DNA from: the human T2T-CHM13v2.0 reference genome, Homo sapiens
Strand: one strand, 5' to 3'
NCBI RefSeq assembly: GCF_009914755.1
Contig: NC_060931.1
Length of the DNA stretch: 64,000 nucleotides
Shown here: positions 11,532-29,465 of the stretch, piece by piece
How the letters are laid out: each line of letters opens with the position of its first letter
How positions within the stretch are numbered: position 1 is the first letter of the stretch
Made by a program: the position numbers and the translations under genes
Notes under the pieces: model-generated
What the model saw: only the letters and a program-made list of their open reading frames with translations
What the model was told of the DNA's origin: nothing
Databases searched by the model: none

Positions 11532-13040
11532 AGCATCTTAATGACTATCATTTTGAATTTTCAGCCAGGTAAATCATTGAGTGTTCATTTCTGGAAATTT
11601 ACCTTATTTTCTTGGTAACATATCTTTCTTTTTCTTTATTTTTATTGGCTGTGTAGTTTGCCATACATTAGATAAAGTGGTCACTTCTCCCAGTCTTGTC
11701 AGACTGGCCTCATATAGAAGATGAACTCACCAATCAGCCTGGCCAGAGATTCTGGGTGCCTCTCAAATCCTTGTGCTTGTTTAAACCACTGTCTTAGTTC
11801 TCTGTGGTCCCAGGATGTTCCAAATCTCGTTGGTGTCCCCAAGACAGGAGAGATAGAAACTAGTCTCTAAGTAGCATCTGGAAAAGTTGGGGTGCTAAAT
11901 GTGTGGTCTAATTCCCTTCTCTCCTCAGGGATAAGCTGGAAGCTGGCTTTTGTATCTAGCTCACTCCATAGTAAACAGGGTAAAAGATCTGTGGCAAATG
12001 TGTGCACTCTCATTCAGAATGGAAACCCATTCCAACTATTGCCTCGCTCTTGGTCACTTCTATAGTACTGGAAGATTCTGGGTCTTATCAGTCAGAGACA
12101 AGTAGGTTAGCTGGCTGCTTGGTTCTATCTCTGGAACAAGCTGGCAGAGGAACTTTGGAAGTACCCATATGCCTATACAGGGCGTCAGAGGACTACTAGT
12201 TACCCTCCACCTCCACTCAATAAGCTCCTAGATGCAGGCTAATCCAGATACATATGGATAGTTGCTGAGAAAATTGTGACATTAGGTATGTGGTCAAACC
12301 CTTTACGGTTACAAACTGGCTGCTGGGTGTTTTTGCCTGCTTCTTTGGTGCTAATGTAGGAGAAATGGTCACTGGTGGTCCCCCCACAACTGTTGAAAAC
12401 TACTTTTGTGTTTTCTGTGATTGTGGAGTACTCATTAACGCCAACCCCTGTCACTCCCAGAGCTGGATGATTCGGGAGTCAGTCTCCCTAGTGGGAACTT
12501 CAAAAGGCAGGGTGCTCTATGTGCTGAGCAACTCCTTCCAGGGAGAAGCCAGAGAATTGGTTTTATCATTGTAGTGAGCTGGGAGAAGCAGGTGCATGAA
12601 GTTTGCACACACCTGTTCAGGCTCCCGGGGATCTTATGAATTCCCTGTACTCCAGATGACATCTGCTTAGAGGCCTGACCTTAGACAGTAGCTGACAAAA
12701 TGTTCAGTTAAACCTCTTTCAAGATAAACTGGGAGCTGGGTATTGCCTATTTGTGCTTTACTGAGCCCAGGGATATTGCAGCAGGGCATGTTCACACACA
12801 CATTGAAAGTCACCTCTTTAGTTCCAGGGACCTTGTAATTGCTGAACCCCTTCTGTTTCCAGGGCTATGAGACCTAGGAGCCAGTCCCTCATGTAGGAGC
12901 TGTGAAAACTGGGATTGCTGTGTATGTGTTCTAAACCCTTCACTCTTCAGGAAAAAAATGATTGTTGAGGATTCCTTTCCAATTGTAAGGTTCTTTACCA
13001 GGGTGGGTTTTGTTGCATAAGTGGGTCTCAGCTTTTCCTG

Positions 13041-13351
13041 TTTTGTTGTTGTTGTTGTTGTTGTTTGTTTTGAGACAGGGTCTGTTGCCTAGGCTGAAGT
13101 GCGGTGGTGCCATTATGACTCACTATAGCCTCAACTTTCCCAGGCTCAAGTTATCCTTCCACCTCAGCCTCCTGAAAAGCTGGGACTATAGGCATGCCCC
13201 ACCATGCCTGGTTAATTTTTATTTTTTTTTTTTGTAGTGACAGGGTCTTCCTAAGTTGCCCAGGCTGGTCTCAGACTCTTGGTCTGAAGCAGTCTTCCCA
13301 CCTCAGCCTCCCAAAGTGCTGGGATTACAAGTATGAGCCACCACACCTGGA
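13041..13351 (-). mobile_element. AluJ with (TTG)n tail
   Basis: Antisense dimer; CCTGTTTT on both flanks. Confidence 0.93.
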
Positions 13352-14164
13352 CTCCTACCTGTTTTCAATGTGAATATTTCTTAGTGGTACCATGTGTAGG
13401 AGTCTCTCAAGTATTTTCTGAATCCCTCTCAGAGGGAATTCATCCATGTGTAGCCATTTATTTGCTGTGTCTGTGGGAGGAGAAAAAGCCAGAAACTTCC
13501 TATTTTGCCATCTTACTGACTTTTTTTTCAGGCAATGAAGATATCTTCCACAAAGCTTGTTAAATCTTTTTCCTTAACTAATTACAATCACATATGCACA
13601 CACATACACACACGCTGACACACTAACATTTTGCTAAGGTCTTGAGATGGCCTGTTAAATTCTTGATGACAGAGAATGAGTTGGGTCATCTATGGAAAAG
13701 GGCAGTTAAACGAAAGAGATGACCAGATAGCCCTTAATCATAGTTTCTATTCACTGTCTTACTCGAGATACTTCAGAATCTACAAATGGTCTCAAAGGGA
13801 GCTCCAATCTCCAGGATGCTTTTTGAGATGGATTTGTTTTTTTTTTTTAAAGTCCTGATTTTGCCTTCTTCCCACTCTAACATTTTATTATTTGACTACC
13901 TGAAATAAAAATTATCTTTCTATAAGCATAATTGCGTACTGAAGTAATTTTAAAAAGGCACATTTAAGTTTTAGAATAGAAAACAGAAAAAAATATTTCT
14001 ACCTCCCTTTTTGGTACAAAGATGAGAAGGTGTCTAAATATTATTGTCTCTGAAATTATTCATTAAATGATCTTCATATTTTAAGTTCAATTCGCATATT
14101 CCTTTATCATTAAGGGAAGGATTAGAAATGCCGCCCCTCCCCTCCTCTCTCCACCTTCAACCCA

Positions 14165-14400
14165 CGAATTCCTCACTTTCTCATTTTCTGATTGCATATT
14201 ATGAACCACACACTGTGTGAGGTACTGTAGACATAAAAAAACAAAAGTCCTGCCCTGAAGGGGCCCATATTTTAATGGGGATGCAGATGTGTAAGTGGAT
14301 TAATTTTAAAACTATATCTTAAGTGTTGTAATGGAGATACTGCTGAGTCATTTGGATGCCATAAGGGATAAAGGGTTTAACTCTTCTAGAGGAATTATAG
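14165..14400 (-). mobile_element. L2 3' fragment
   Basis: CACTGTGTGAGGTACTGTAGACAT...AAAGTCCTGCCCTGAAGGGGCCCATATTTTAATGGGG follows the antisense L2 3' end. Confidence 0.65.
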
Positions 14401-15734
14401 AAGAAAAAAATTCATAAATTTCACTTCATTAAAGTCAGAGTAATGGTGCCTACTAAGTATCATACAGTAGACCATAATTTTTGCTCACCTGATTACTATC
14501 TATTCTTGTATTTGCTAGGTAGGAGTATTAGACAGGATCAAGTTAGGAAAGCAGAAAGCACTCTAGGTATGATAGAAAGGGGAGGGAGGGAGAGAGAGAG
14601 GGAGAGAAAGAAAGAGATTTCACCCAACTGCAGCAGAATACAAATTCTTTTCAGGTAACACAGCTAGGGAATAGAGAAACCTATATTTGACTCCAAGTCT
14701 TTCCAAAACCTCTTTCTATGAATGAATTTAAATAGTGAGAAGGCTCAGAATAAAGACTTAAGTTTATTGGATTAAGTGAGAATAAATAGGCTTTGGAAAC
14801 TCTGATCCTTACTTACTATATGACTTTTTCTCAGATCACTGCTGACCTCCAAAACTACATGGGGAGGAAGTAGAAGCAGAGGGGCATCTCTTTTATAGGG
14901 ACATCTGTGGACTGTTTTTATGACCCTGAAACATTTGTAGGACTTTTTTACAGACACATGTTCCCCAGAAGAGGATTTGCCATTCTGACAAATCTCCATC
15001 CAAGGAATGGGAAATTCATTATCCCTTCCACTAGAATTAAACTGTGAAATTATTTATGTAGGAAGAAGTAGTAGTAGAAAAGTTATGTTTGTCTTCTTCA
15101 CTATAAGAAAAAAATGCAAAATCAGGAAAAATGTATCTAAACTATTACTTTTACAAAGGCAAAAACAGCCTGTTTGCTATCTAATCAGTCCTGTTGATAA
15201 AACTCAGGCTGTACTGTTCTCTTCAGAGAGAGGCAAATGGGGGGAGTTATAAGATTTGCGCCCTACTGCTGTTAGTAGAATGAACAAGACAGAGTAAAAG
15301 CCACAAGTGGAATTGTGCTAGTATTTCCTCTATAATTAACCCAACACTTAGGTAGCCTTTAAAGTGAAAGGAGCCCTCCAAATGATGGAGGCACACAGGA
15401 GGTAATTATGTGCTTTCAATAAATGCCTGAAAGCTCACAATTTCTTTGGGGAGATACAATCTCTGGAAAGGCTTGCATTGTCACTCCAATTTCATTTATT
15501 TATTTTAACAAATTGTATGTTCTGTGGAGGAACTTTATTTCCCAAAAAGATGAACGTATAATAAACCAGTTCTTTATTTTAAAACTTATGGTGAGAGAAA
15601 TTTCAATTTTAGATAATTCCATTGTCTATAAAGAGTCTCTATTAAATTAGCTTAAGTTCCAAAAGATAATGCCACATTATTATTGTAGGTAGCCATTATA
15701 ATTCTCAAATTTCTATTGTTACATTCTGCAAGAC

Positions 15735-15955
15735 AGTGGTAAGCAAACCACAACGTCTAGGCCAAATCTGGCCTCCCAATTGTTTTATAAATAAAATTTT
15801 ATTTAAACGTAACCACTCCCATTCATTTGCTTGTCTCTGGTTGTTTTTGCAATACAACAGTAGGGTTAGGTAGATAATACAGGCTGTGTGTCACATGATG
15901 AAGCCAAAAACATTTGCTCTCTGGCTCTTTACAGAATGAATTTGCTTATATTTCT
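15735..15955. mobile_element. MER58A-like hAT-Charlie MITE
   Basis: CAGTGGTAAGCAAAC...GGCCAAATCTGGCC...AAATAAAATTTTATT...TGGCTCTTTACAGAATGAATTTGC. Confidence 0.8.
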
Positions 15956-16014
15956 TCTAGGATGTCAATTTGTCTGCTTAATTCACAGAAGGACAAATTT
16001 TAACATACCTTACT

Positions 16015-16322
16015 TCTATGGCCTGAATGTTTGCGTACACTGAAAATTGATTTGTTGAAATCGATCCCCAATTTGATAGTATTAGGAGGTAGGGCTTTGG
16101 AGATGTGATTAGATCATGAGGGTGTAACCTTTATTAATGGGATTAGTGCTTTTATATGGGGTTGAAGAGACCCGAGCTCCCCTTCCACCTTGTGAGGATG
16201 CAGAAAGAAGATACATTCTGTGAACTGGAAAGCCGGCCCTCACTAGACACCAAATATGCCAGTATTTTGATCTTGGGCTTCCCAGCCTTCAGAACTTACA
16301 GCAGTCCAGAAAGATTAAGACA
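16015..16322 (+). mobile_element. MaLR solo LTR (MLT1A/MST-like), internally deleted near its 3' end
   Basis: CTATGGCCTGAATGTTTG...GATTAGATCATGAGGG...GATCTTGGGCTTCCCAGCCTTCAGAAC...TAAGACA. Confidence 0.85.
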
Positions 16323-16862
16323 CCCACCTGAAATGTTAATTTTGTCCTAAAATAATCTTGCATTTAAGATCTGAAATATGACCTAAGTATTATCTGAGGA
16401 GTCAATGCTGATTTATTGGTGGTGGATACTGTGATTCTGTATTAAGAATGGATCTGAAGCCACATAAGATAACTGTGATTACTTAGTGCTATTTTCAATG
16501 GCTGTGAGAAGACAACCTTGTGACCAGAATTTGAAACCCTGCATAAACAAAACTCAACATGTTTTGAAGGCCTTTACACTCTTCCTCTCAGGTTTTAGAA
16601 GTATTTCAACTGATGACAGCTTTCAGATAAAATACTCTTATTTTATTTTGAAACTAACGTTTACCAGTTTTGGAAATTTTAGTCTGGCTAGGAAGGAAAG
16701 GAGTAACATTGTGAATAGGACACCAGCCTTAGGCTAGTCCAAGTCTATAATATCAAAAGGCTAGTACATTATGTTATAGTATATGTTATAATCACGTAGC
16801 CAGCTCTCCCCTTGAGAAATAGGAGCAGGCATTATCACGTGGCCTTATTCCATTAAAGGTCA

Positions 16863-17320
16863 TGTAATATAGCTGGGGAAATATAAGTAAAAACAAAGTC
16901 ATCCCCCAAGCCAGGAAACCTCTTCACAAAGGCAGAACAAATATTAAGCATTATTATTGAATTAGCATTAAACCAGAATATGACATAAATCACAAGCAAT
17001 CCACTGAAGATAATGAAAAGGCAAATCTCACCTTATGTAGACAAGCAGATACAACCCATAAAATACATGTTCTCAAGATAAACAATAACGAATCCTCAAG
17101 TAAGAAGGCTTCACAGCATGTGATTCATCCTAAATTCATTTGGTAATTAGGTTGACAGTCTGTGTTAGCAAATTGGCTTGAAAAATAAACTTCTCAAATG
17201 TTTAAGATGGGAGTAGATGTATAACTTGGAGTAAGAGGCCCCACATAATTAGGCACCTATCCTCCCATAGGAACTGGAGAATGGGAGTGCTATTTTCCTT
17301 GATTACATTTTAAAGAGATG
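16863..17320 (-). mobile_element. Partial ERV1-class LTR (MER67/MER31-like)
   Basis: GCATTAAACCAGAAT...AAGCAGATACAACCCAT...CATGTTCTCAAGATAAACAATAAC recalled from this LTR group. Confidence 0.6.
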
Positions 17321-17432
17321 ATCTTATATATTATATAAAAAATGGTAAGGATTCTACTAAGAAACTGTTAGAACTAACAAACACATTAAGGTTGCAAGCT
17401 AGAAAATCAGCACACAGAAACAGTTGTGTTTC

Positions 17433-20260
<2,828 letters not shown>

Positions 20261-20279
20261 TTGCATAGCAATTCTATAA

Positions 20280-20410
20280 GCTACTCATCATAATCCCCAT
20301 TTAATAGATTCAAAAAGTGAGACTTGGAAAGATTAAATACTTATTTTAATATTACACAGCTAGTAAATAGCAGAACAGAACTTAAAGTTGATTTGACTCA
20401 AGTCTGCACA
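20280..20410 (-). mobile_element. MIR
   Basis: ATCCCCATTTAATAGAT...GTGAGACTTGGAAAGATTAAATACTT...CACAGCTAGTAAATAGCAGA core. Confidence 0.75.
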
Positions 20411-20554
20411 GTCTGCTATCTCAATTTTTTTTTAAACCTATGTTACCTCTTTACCTGCTAGCCAATCCACCACTCCATCTACCCTTTCACTACCCTGTAA
20501 CTTATACCAATAGACTGTTAACCATCCTGTCTGAGAGGATACATCATGTAAGAA

Positions 20555-20750
20555 AGTTAGCATAAGCTTTGGACTCACGAGTCTATGTCTGAAACATACC
20601 TTTGCTCTTTGGTAGTTGGATTAAGTAGGCAAGTTATTTAACTTCTCTTAGCCTTAGTTTCTTCATATAATAAAATGATGATGAAAAAAACCACATCATA
20701 GGAAGTGCCTGTAAACTTCCTGGTACATAATGAGCACTCAATTAAGCTAT
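20555..20750 (+). mobile_element. MIR
   Basis: GGCAAGTTATTTAACTTCTCTTAGCCTTAGTTTCTTCATATAATAAAATG core. Confidence 0.8.
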
Positions 20751-20912
20751 AATATTCAATTTACAATTAAAGCATTAAAATGTTAAAAATACAGCTATTA
20801 CTATCAATAAAGATATTGGCAATGATTTTTTCTTTTAGTATTTAAGTAGTTGCATTGATTGCCAAAGCCTGAACTAGTGAAGGAGTGTGCTCGCATAGAA
20901 GCTATTTCCTCA

Positions 20913-21262
<350 letters not shown>

Positions 21263-23288
21263 TTAGGATACTTGCAAGAAGTAGAAGATATAGAGTTCAG
21301 AATCTAGAGAACTGAGCTATTAAGAAAAAAATCCAGAAGTTTAAACAGAAAAAGAGAGAAAATAATTACAGAGTTCTAAAGAATGAAATTATTATAATCA
21401 AATAAAAGACCTGAGCCCAGAAAGCTGAAGTGCTTCTTTGAACATTGGTGTTTGGAAGAACATTTAAACAATCAATAAGTTTATTCCTTTCGAAAATCTC
21501 TGTAGGAAATAACCATAAATTTAAAATATTTTTTAAATCCTAAGGTTTCTATCAAATAGTCATAAATAATATTAAAAAGAGGAGCCAACTAAATGATTAC
21601 TAATAACTATTGAAATATGTTATATACAATTTATAGTAAAGTATGCAGGTATTAAATATTTTAAATGGATATTTTGAGAATGTGTATACGGTTAAATTTT
21701 AATATTAAAATGCATTTATTTATAAAAGTATAAACACATACATGAGAAGTGTATATCTCCTTTTCAAATATATATGAAGAAAATAAGACTGTTATCAATG
21801 ATTTACTTTCACGGTAGAATCGTGAACAATTTTTTCACTCTTTTCTACTGTGTGTGTGTGTATGCATGTGCATGATGTCCAAATTACCATAAGAAACATG
21901 CACTTTATAAAGGAAAATAATCTTTATTTAGAAAGGATCTGCCCTAGGCTGGTGTGCACAAGCCTCCTATGCTCCTTTTTTTCCTCTTACAAGATCAGCT
22001 AATGTTTACCACTGTGGCACAAAAGGATGCAAATATTTACTTCTTAAACAGTAGGAAGGCCTCTCAAGATGCTCACTGGTTGTAGGTTCTCTTAGAGTTA
22101 GCTGATTAAGATTTGCGCACCCATAAAAAATGTAGAAATTAAAGAAGAGGCCTGAAAATGTATTCATAATTAGAAAGAGGACCAGGGTTGTGTTTGGGAC
22201 ATGATTAACTGGTAATCAGTAAAGAACAAACTGATTATTAGCTGTTGAATTCTTGTTGTTCTTAGGGGATTCCACTCAGTGGTCTAATTAAATTGAGCTT
22301 GAAGTCTTCACATCTCTATTCAGTGGCAATTTCGTTATAATATTCACTTCTTTGCATGAGATTTGCCTTCCCCCTCTTTAATCACATGTTTTGCATTTGT
22401 GTAACACCTTCCTTGATTAGTTTCTCTACAGGATTAGCTCTTGATAACTGCATGGTTTATGAAAGCAAATGTCACATATAAGACAATCTGGATATTAAAG
22501 TTTATTGTCAGTCTGGGAATTTTTTAAAAGGAAAATCGAACAAGATATGCACTTGTTTTAATTAAAATCGCTTTCTTTGCTTTCTGAATTGTTTGTTTGG
22601 CTCTCAATATTTTATAGAGATAACATTTCAGAAAAAAATTCAATGACTCCAGGGAAATAGAAAAATGTTTTACATTTTCAACTGAAACTCAAGAGAATTT
22701 TTGTTAATTACATTATTTCCATCATACAGTTTGCCATCCAGATAGCAGTAAAACTTTTAGGCTCTAGGCTACTGCTTATATCATTAGAAATGTCAGTGCC
22801 GGAACATACGGATTACAGGAGCTCCAGATGTGTATCTTTCACATAAGAATTTGGTGACAAAGCATTGGTGTTGGCTATATAATTCCTGATAACCTAACTC
22901 AAGTACCAATTTTAAATTAATACTCTCCATCATAAGCTTAGGTAGGCAAAGTGGGCTGATTCTAAACATATGGAACAGCATAATAATTATGACTTATTAT
23001 AAGAGAGATAAGCAAACCTGTTATAGATTTTAGATACCGCTAAGTTTTCTGTGTTTGATTAGCAATAAACGAAATAATCTGGTACATTTTCCAGTGCCAG
23101 ATCCTTATTTAAAGCCACAATCTTAAATTTATCCCATGTTTAAACTTCCAAGAAATAATATATCTTCACAATGCTTTCTATAAGCTGGTAAGTAGGCCAT
23201 TAAGAAAAAAAACTCAGAACCACTTTTAAAATTGTTTGGATTTTCAGCATTTCAGTATATATGTAGAGTTTATCCATCAACAACAGTA

Positions 23289-23312
23289 ACACACACACAC
23301 ACACACATATAT
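23289..23312. repeat. (AC)n/(AT)n microsatellite
   Basis: ACACACACACACACACACATATAT. Confidence 0.9.
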
Positions 23313-24430
23313 ATTTAATAACATTCAACACATCATACAATGTATATTTCAAAACAGTTTTGCTTGACTAGGTTACAGTTTTGTTTATGGATATTTTGGT
23401 AATAATTTTTACTCGAAATGGACTATTGAAAATAATTGAAAACATAGCTAAATTTTATGCAAAAGACTATATACTCAATATATTTACACAAACGTAAAGA
23501 TGTAAGTGAATATTGATGATTCAGAAGTGACTTTAATTTGTAGAACATATGCTATTGTAGAAAAATATGAAAACAGTTCCAGATATTTGTTGTAACAGGG
23601 TTTGATTTTTGGATTATGTATCCATTATTTAAGTTTATAATAATAACTCGAGACATAGGGCAAAATTATTTAATATATTCTAAATTAAACAGTAAGATAT
23701 ATATTATAGCAAGACTATTATTTGCATCCAGACAGAAACTTTAGCAGTATTTCTCATGTCTATATTTCCAGCACACAGTTCTATGATTACAAAGAATAAT
23801 CATGGGGCACAGAAGCAAAAATTCTGGAAGATATTTTAATCTATCTTAAAATTTATTCTTGCTACTTAATCAAAGTTGACTCTTAACTGGGGGGCATAAC
23901 CCTATGTCTCTTGCCTATGTCCAATCTCAAGAAGTATTTATATTTCCTGGACCACTTCTCCAAAACACCCTCTCATCAGCCCTCATTATTGAATCTAGCA
24001 CCAATTCTTCCAGCAAAGAGTATGAGTTTGAAAAGTAGAAGCTAAGGTTAAAGAACAAGTTGTCTAAAACCGTATAAAGTGATTTATGTTACAAAGAGAT
24101 TTCTTTACCAGCTGTTTGAACCTGGACAATTTACATAAGTGACTTCTAGTTCCAGCAAAACAATTAAAGCAACGTTAAGTAACTTCTGGGGTGCTTAATC
24201 AAAAAATGAATTAAATTACTACATATAAGAGGTGTCAAATAAGTAGCTTTTACTAAATAAGTAGCTATCATTATCATTTTTATGATCTTAGTTATCTTTG
24301 TCATCATCATTGCTTTTGGTTTTTCCTAGATCTGGAATGCCTAGTTCCATAGTTGCATGAAATTTTCTATTTTTCAAAAAGAAGCACACAGCTACCCTTT
24401 CTTGACATATACACAAATATCTCCAGGATT

Positions 24431-24591
24431 TGTTTGTTTTTTAGAGACAGGATCTCACTCTGCTGCCTAGGTTGGAGTGCAGTGGTACAATCACATCTCA
24501 TTGCATCCTCAAACTCTTGGCCTCAAGTAATTCTCCTACCTCAGCCTCCCAGTGCTGGGATTACAGGATTGGGCCACTGCACCCGACGGCC
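24431..24591 (-). mobile_element. Alu monomer (FAM/FRAM-like)
   Basis: Single ~160 bp arm with right-arm insert, ending GGCC. Confidence 0.85.
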
Positions 24592-24656
24592 AGGAATTTT
24601 TTTGTTTTAAGATTTTTTTTTTCTTTCCCACCTGTATAACAGAAATAGAATTCTAA

Positions 24657-24685
24657 GAGCGCGCTCACCCGCGCTCGCGCTCTCG

Positions 24686-24734
<49 letters not shown>

Positions 24735-24773
24735 TCTCTCTCCCTCTCCCTCCTCTCTCTCTCTCTCTCTCCC
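24657..24773. repeat. Compound (CG/CT)n microsatellite forming the tail of the adjacent Alu
   Basis: GAGCGCGCTCACCCGCGCTCGCGCTCTCGCTCTG followed by ~80 nt of pure pyrimidines. Confidence 0.95.
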
Positions 24774-25064
24774 TGAAACAGGGCCTTGTTTGGTCAAACA
24801 GGCTGGAGTGCAGTGGCATGATCACAGCTCATTGTAGCCTCAACAATCCTGGGTGCAGGTGATCCTCCCTCCTGCCTCAGCTTCTCCAATAACTAGGATA
24901 ACAGGCGGACACCACTATGCCCGGCTAATTTTTTTTTTATTATTTAGTAGTGACAAAGTCTCACTGTGTGGCCTGGACTGATCTCAAACTCCTAGCCTCA
25001 AGCAATTCTTTCACCTCAGCCTCTCGAAGTGCTGATATTATAGATGTGAGGCAGTGGACCTGGC
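24774..25064 (-). mobile_element. AluJ
   Basis: Diverged antisense dimer; possible TSD ATTCTAA on both sides of Alu plus tail. Confidence 0.9.
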
Positions 25065-25401
25065 CCTATTCTAATAATTTTAATAGTTGTTACACACTTT
25101 CTTGAAAAATATTTTAATTATGTCTCCAGTGTTTATGGCACTAGAGAATGTTTTATCTATGTCAGTAAATTGTGAATTTTTATGAGTATGGCTACCTACT
25201 ATTTTAATTCTTTTAAATTTCTCCTAATTACCTAGCTGTTTACTATGGGAAATATTTGAAACTTGTCAAATATTGCATCGTTAAATATTGAACCTTGTTA
25301 AATACTATGATAGCTAATAATTTCTGTGGTTATGTGTGCCCTGATAAATATGTGCACAGAGAATAGTCAATGCAACCACTCGATGTGTCTAGAGTTGATA
25401 A

Positions 25402-27571
<2,170 letters not shown>

Positions 27572-27599
27572 TTAGTAAGAACATGAAATGCCCTCTCTA

Positions 27600-28930
27600 G
27601 TTTAATTTTAATCGTGGCATTTCAACTTAACACATAGCTTGTTTCTTCAGGATTTACTACATCTTTGAATTATTGATTACAAAATCTACTTTGAAATATT
27701 ATACCACTTATCATATAATGCAACATTCTGCTTAGCTTTCCCCATTCTTTGTGCCAATGTTTCATGTATTTTACTAAATGCTGTAATTCCTAAAATGCAT
27801 TGTTATTTAAAAATTAAATTAAAATTTCATTTCCTTTACTATGCTTTAATTTTTCTAATTTGTATTGACATGTCTATAAGTTTACTTATCCTTTTTCATT
27901 GTTTCCAATTTTGGCAAGCAAATGAAATAAACTTTTGAATGTAGATATTTTATTTTTCAGTTTTACACTTTTTACTTGATTTTTTATATGTAGTCTCCAT
28001 TTCACACCTTGCACATCTCATCTCTTTACTTATGTCTTTCCTCATAAAATATTTAACTTACGTATACTTTTTTTTAGTTCTTAGACGCTAATTCCAAAAA
28101 TGGAATCATCTGAAGGTATCTTCTTTCTTGACTGTTTTTCATCTTGTTTGAGTTACAGTCATCTGTCATACATATTTTCTTATCATGTCATACATATTTT
28201 CTTATCATATTGGGGGCATTATGCATAAAAAGAACGTTGGAGATCTAAGTGAATTTTCATTTTGTTTTGCTTATTATCCAGGGAGTTGTAAAGATGAGTT
28301 ACTTATAGTTCAGATTTGCCCTTACCTGAAGTTGAGTTAAAACTGGGCCAAAATTTAAATTAGATTGAATTTATCTGTGATTTGTCCAACCTGCAATTCC
28401 CATACTTCTGCCATTTGTCTTTGTCTGTTTGAGCTGGGAATAGGTTGGGCACACTGTTTCAGATTATTTTGGTTTACTTTTGAATTCCATTCTGGCAGGG
28501 CTCCAGAACCCAAGTACTGCAACAGTATGCAGGGGCATGTAATTTTCTCAGTTTTCTAGTTCTTTCCTCAAACCATTTCCCCCCCCAACAACAAAAGTAG
28601 CGTAAGGATAGAACAAGAAGTGTTAGGCTGAGAAATGTATTGTATTTGGAGCTCTTTCTCCTTCTAGTATATTTTATCAGTTCACACTCTTGCATAAACG
28701 TCAGCTGATTTTTTCTGTCTCTGAAAATTCTCTCTCTCTTCCAATGGAAGGACTGCCCCTTCATCCATCTGTACTCAGACTATGTGATGGACCCAAGTTT
28801 GGAAGTTGCCATAGCTCTCAGCTCACTTTTAAAGTACTAGTTTCTCAATGGAATTTACCTTGTATCCTCTGCTCTTTGATAGTATCACAAAATATATGGT
28901 TTTAATTTTATCTAGTATTTTTAGGGGTGA
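27600..28930 (-). mobile_element. Highly degraded old L1M fragments (spacer/ORF1/5' region)
   Basis: T-rich antisense L1-like composition with scattered motifs; boundaries uncertain. Confidence 0.35.
28164..28207. repeat. Perfect 22-bp tandem duplication
   Basis: TGTCATACATATTTTCTTATCA x2. Confidence 0.95.
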
Positions 28931-29069
28931 AGGTATTTTGTACCTTTTCATATGTTCATCGACAGCAGAGTCTGAACAAATGTAATTCTAATGTCATTTA
29001 AAATGAGAATGTCACCCTTTAATTTTACGTTTTTTGTTTGTTTGTTTGTTTGTTTTTTCCTAAAGGAAA

Positions 29070-29465
29070 GCAGAGGAGAAAGGGAGCCAGAAGACAAGCG
29101 CTTAGGCTTTCTGAACTCTCACATGAGGGCTCAGGACACATGTCATAAAGTTAGCCAATTTACTCTTTGCTTGAGAATTTGAATATCAGAAGAGTCTAGG
29201 GTCGAGAGGCACAAATACTTTTGGTATTTGTGGTGACTTCCAGTGTACAATGGCAATGGCATCATGGTGACATCCAGTGTCCAGTAGCTGTGATGTCTCA
29301 TGTGGACTGATTCTGTGATGTGACTGCAGTAGAAATTCTTGGAGCTTAGCTTCTCTAAATTCCCGCCTATTTCCCTAATCTAGTTTTCCCAACTGCAATC
29401 TACACTGCCAATAGTTTTTTTTTTTTTCCATTTCATTTAGAATAAGATTTTTAGTTTTGTTTGTG
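29070..29465 (+). mobile_element. Possible degraded ERVL-type LTR
   Basis: GTGGACTGATTCTGTGATGTGA...CTTGGAGCTTAGC... resembles old ERVL LTRs; weak match. Confidence 0.3.

Noticed and set aside
20887-20894. GTGCTCGC, matching the first 8 nt of U6 snRNA, just upstream of an Alu
   Set aside because: The match does not extend; expected by chance
24561-24825. ORFs with (ER)n repeats
   Set aside because: Translation of the (GA)n microsatellite
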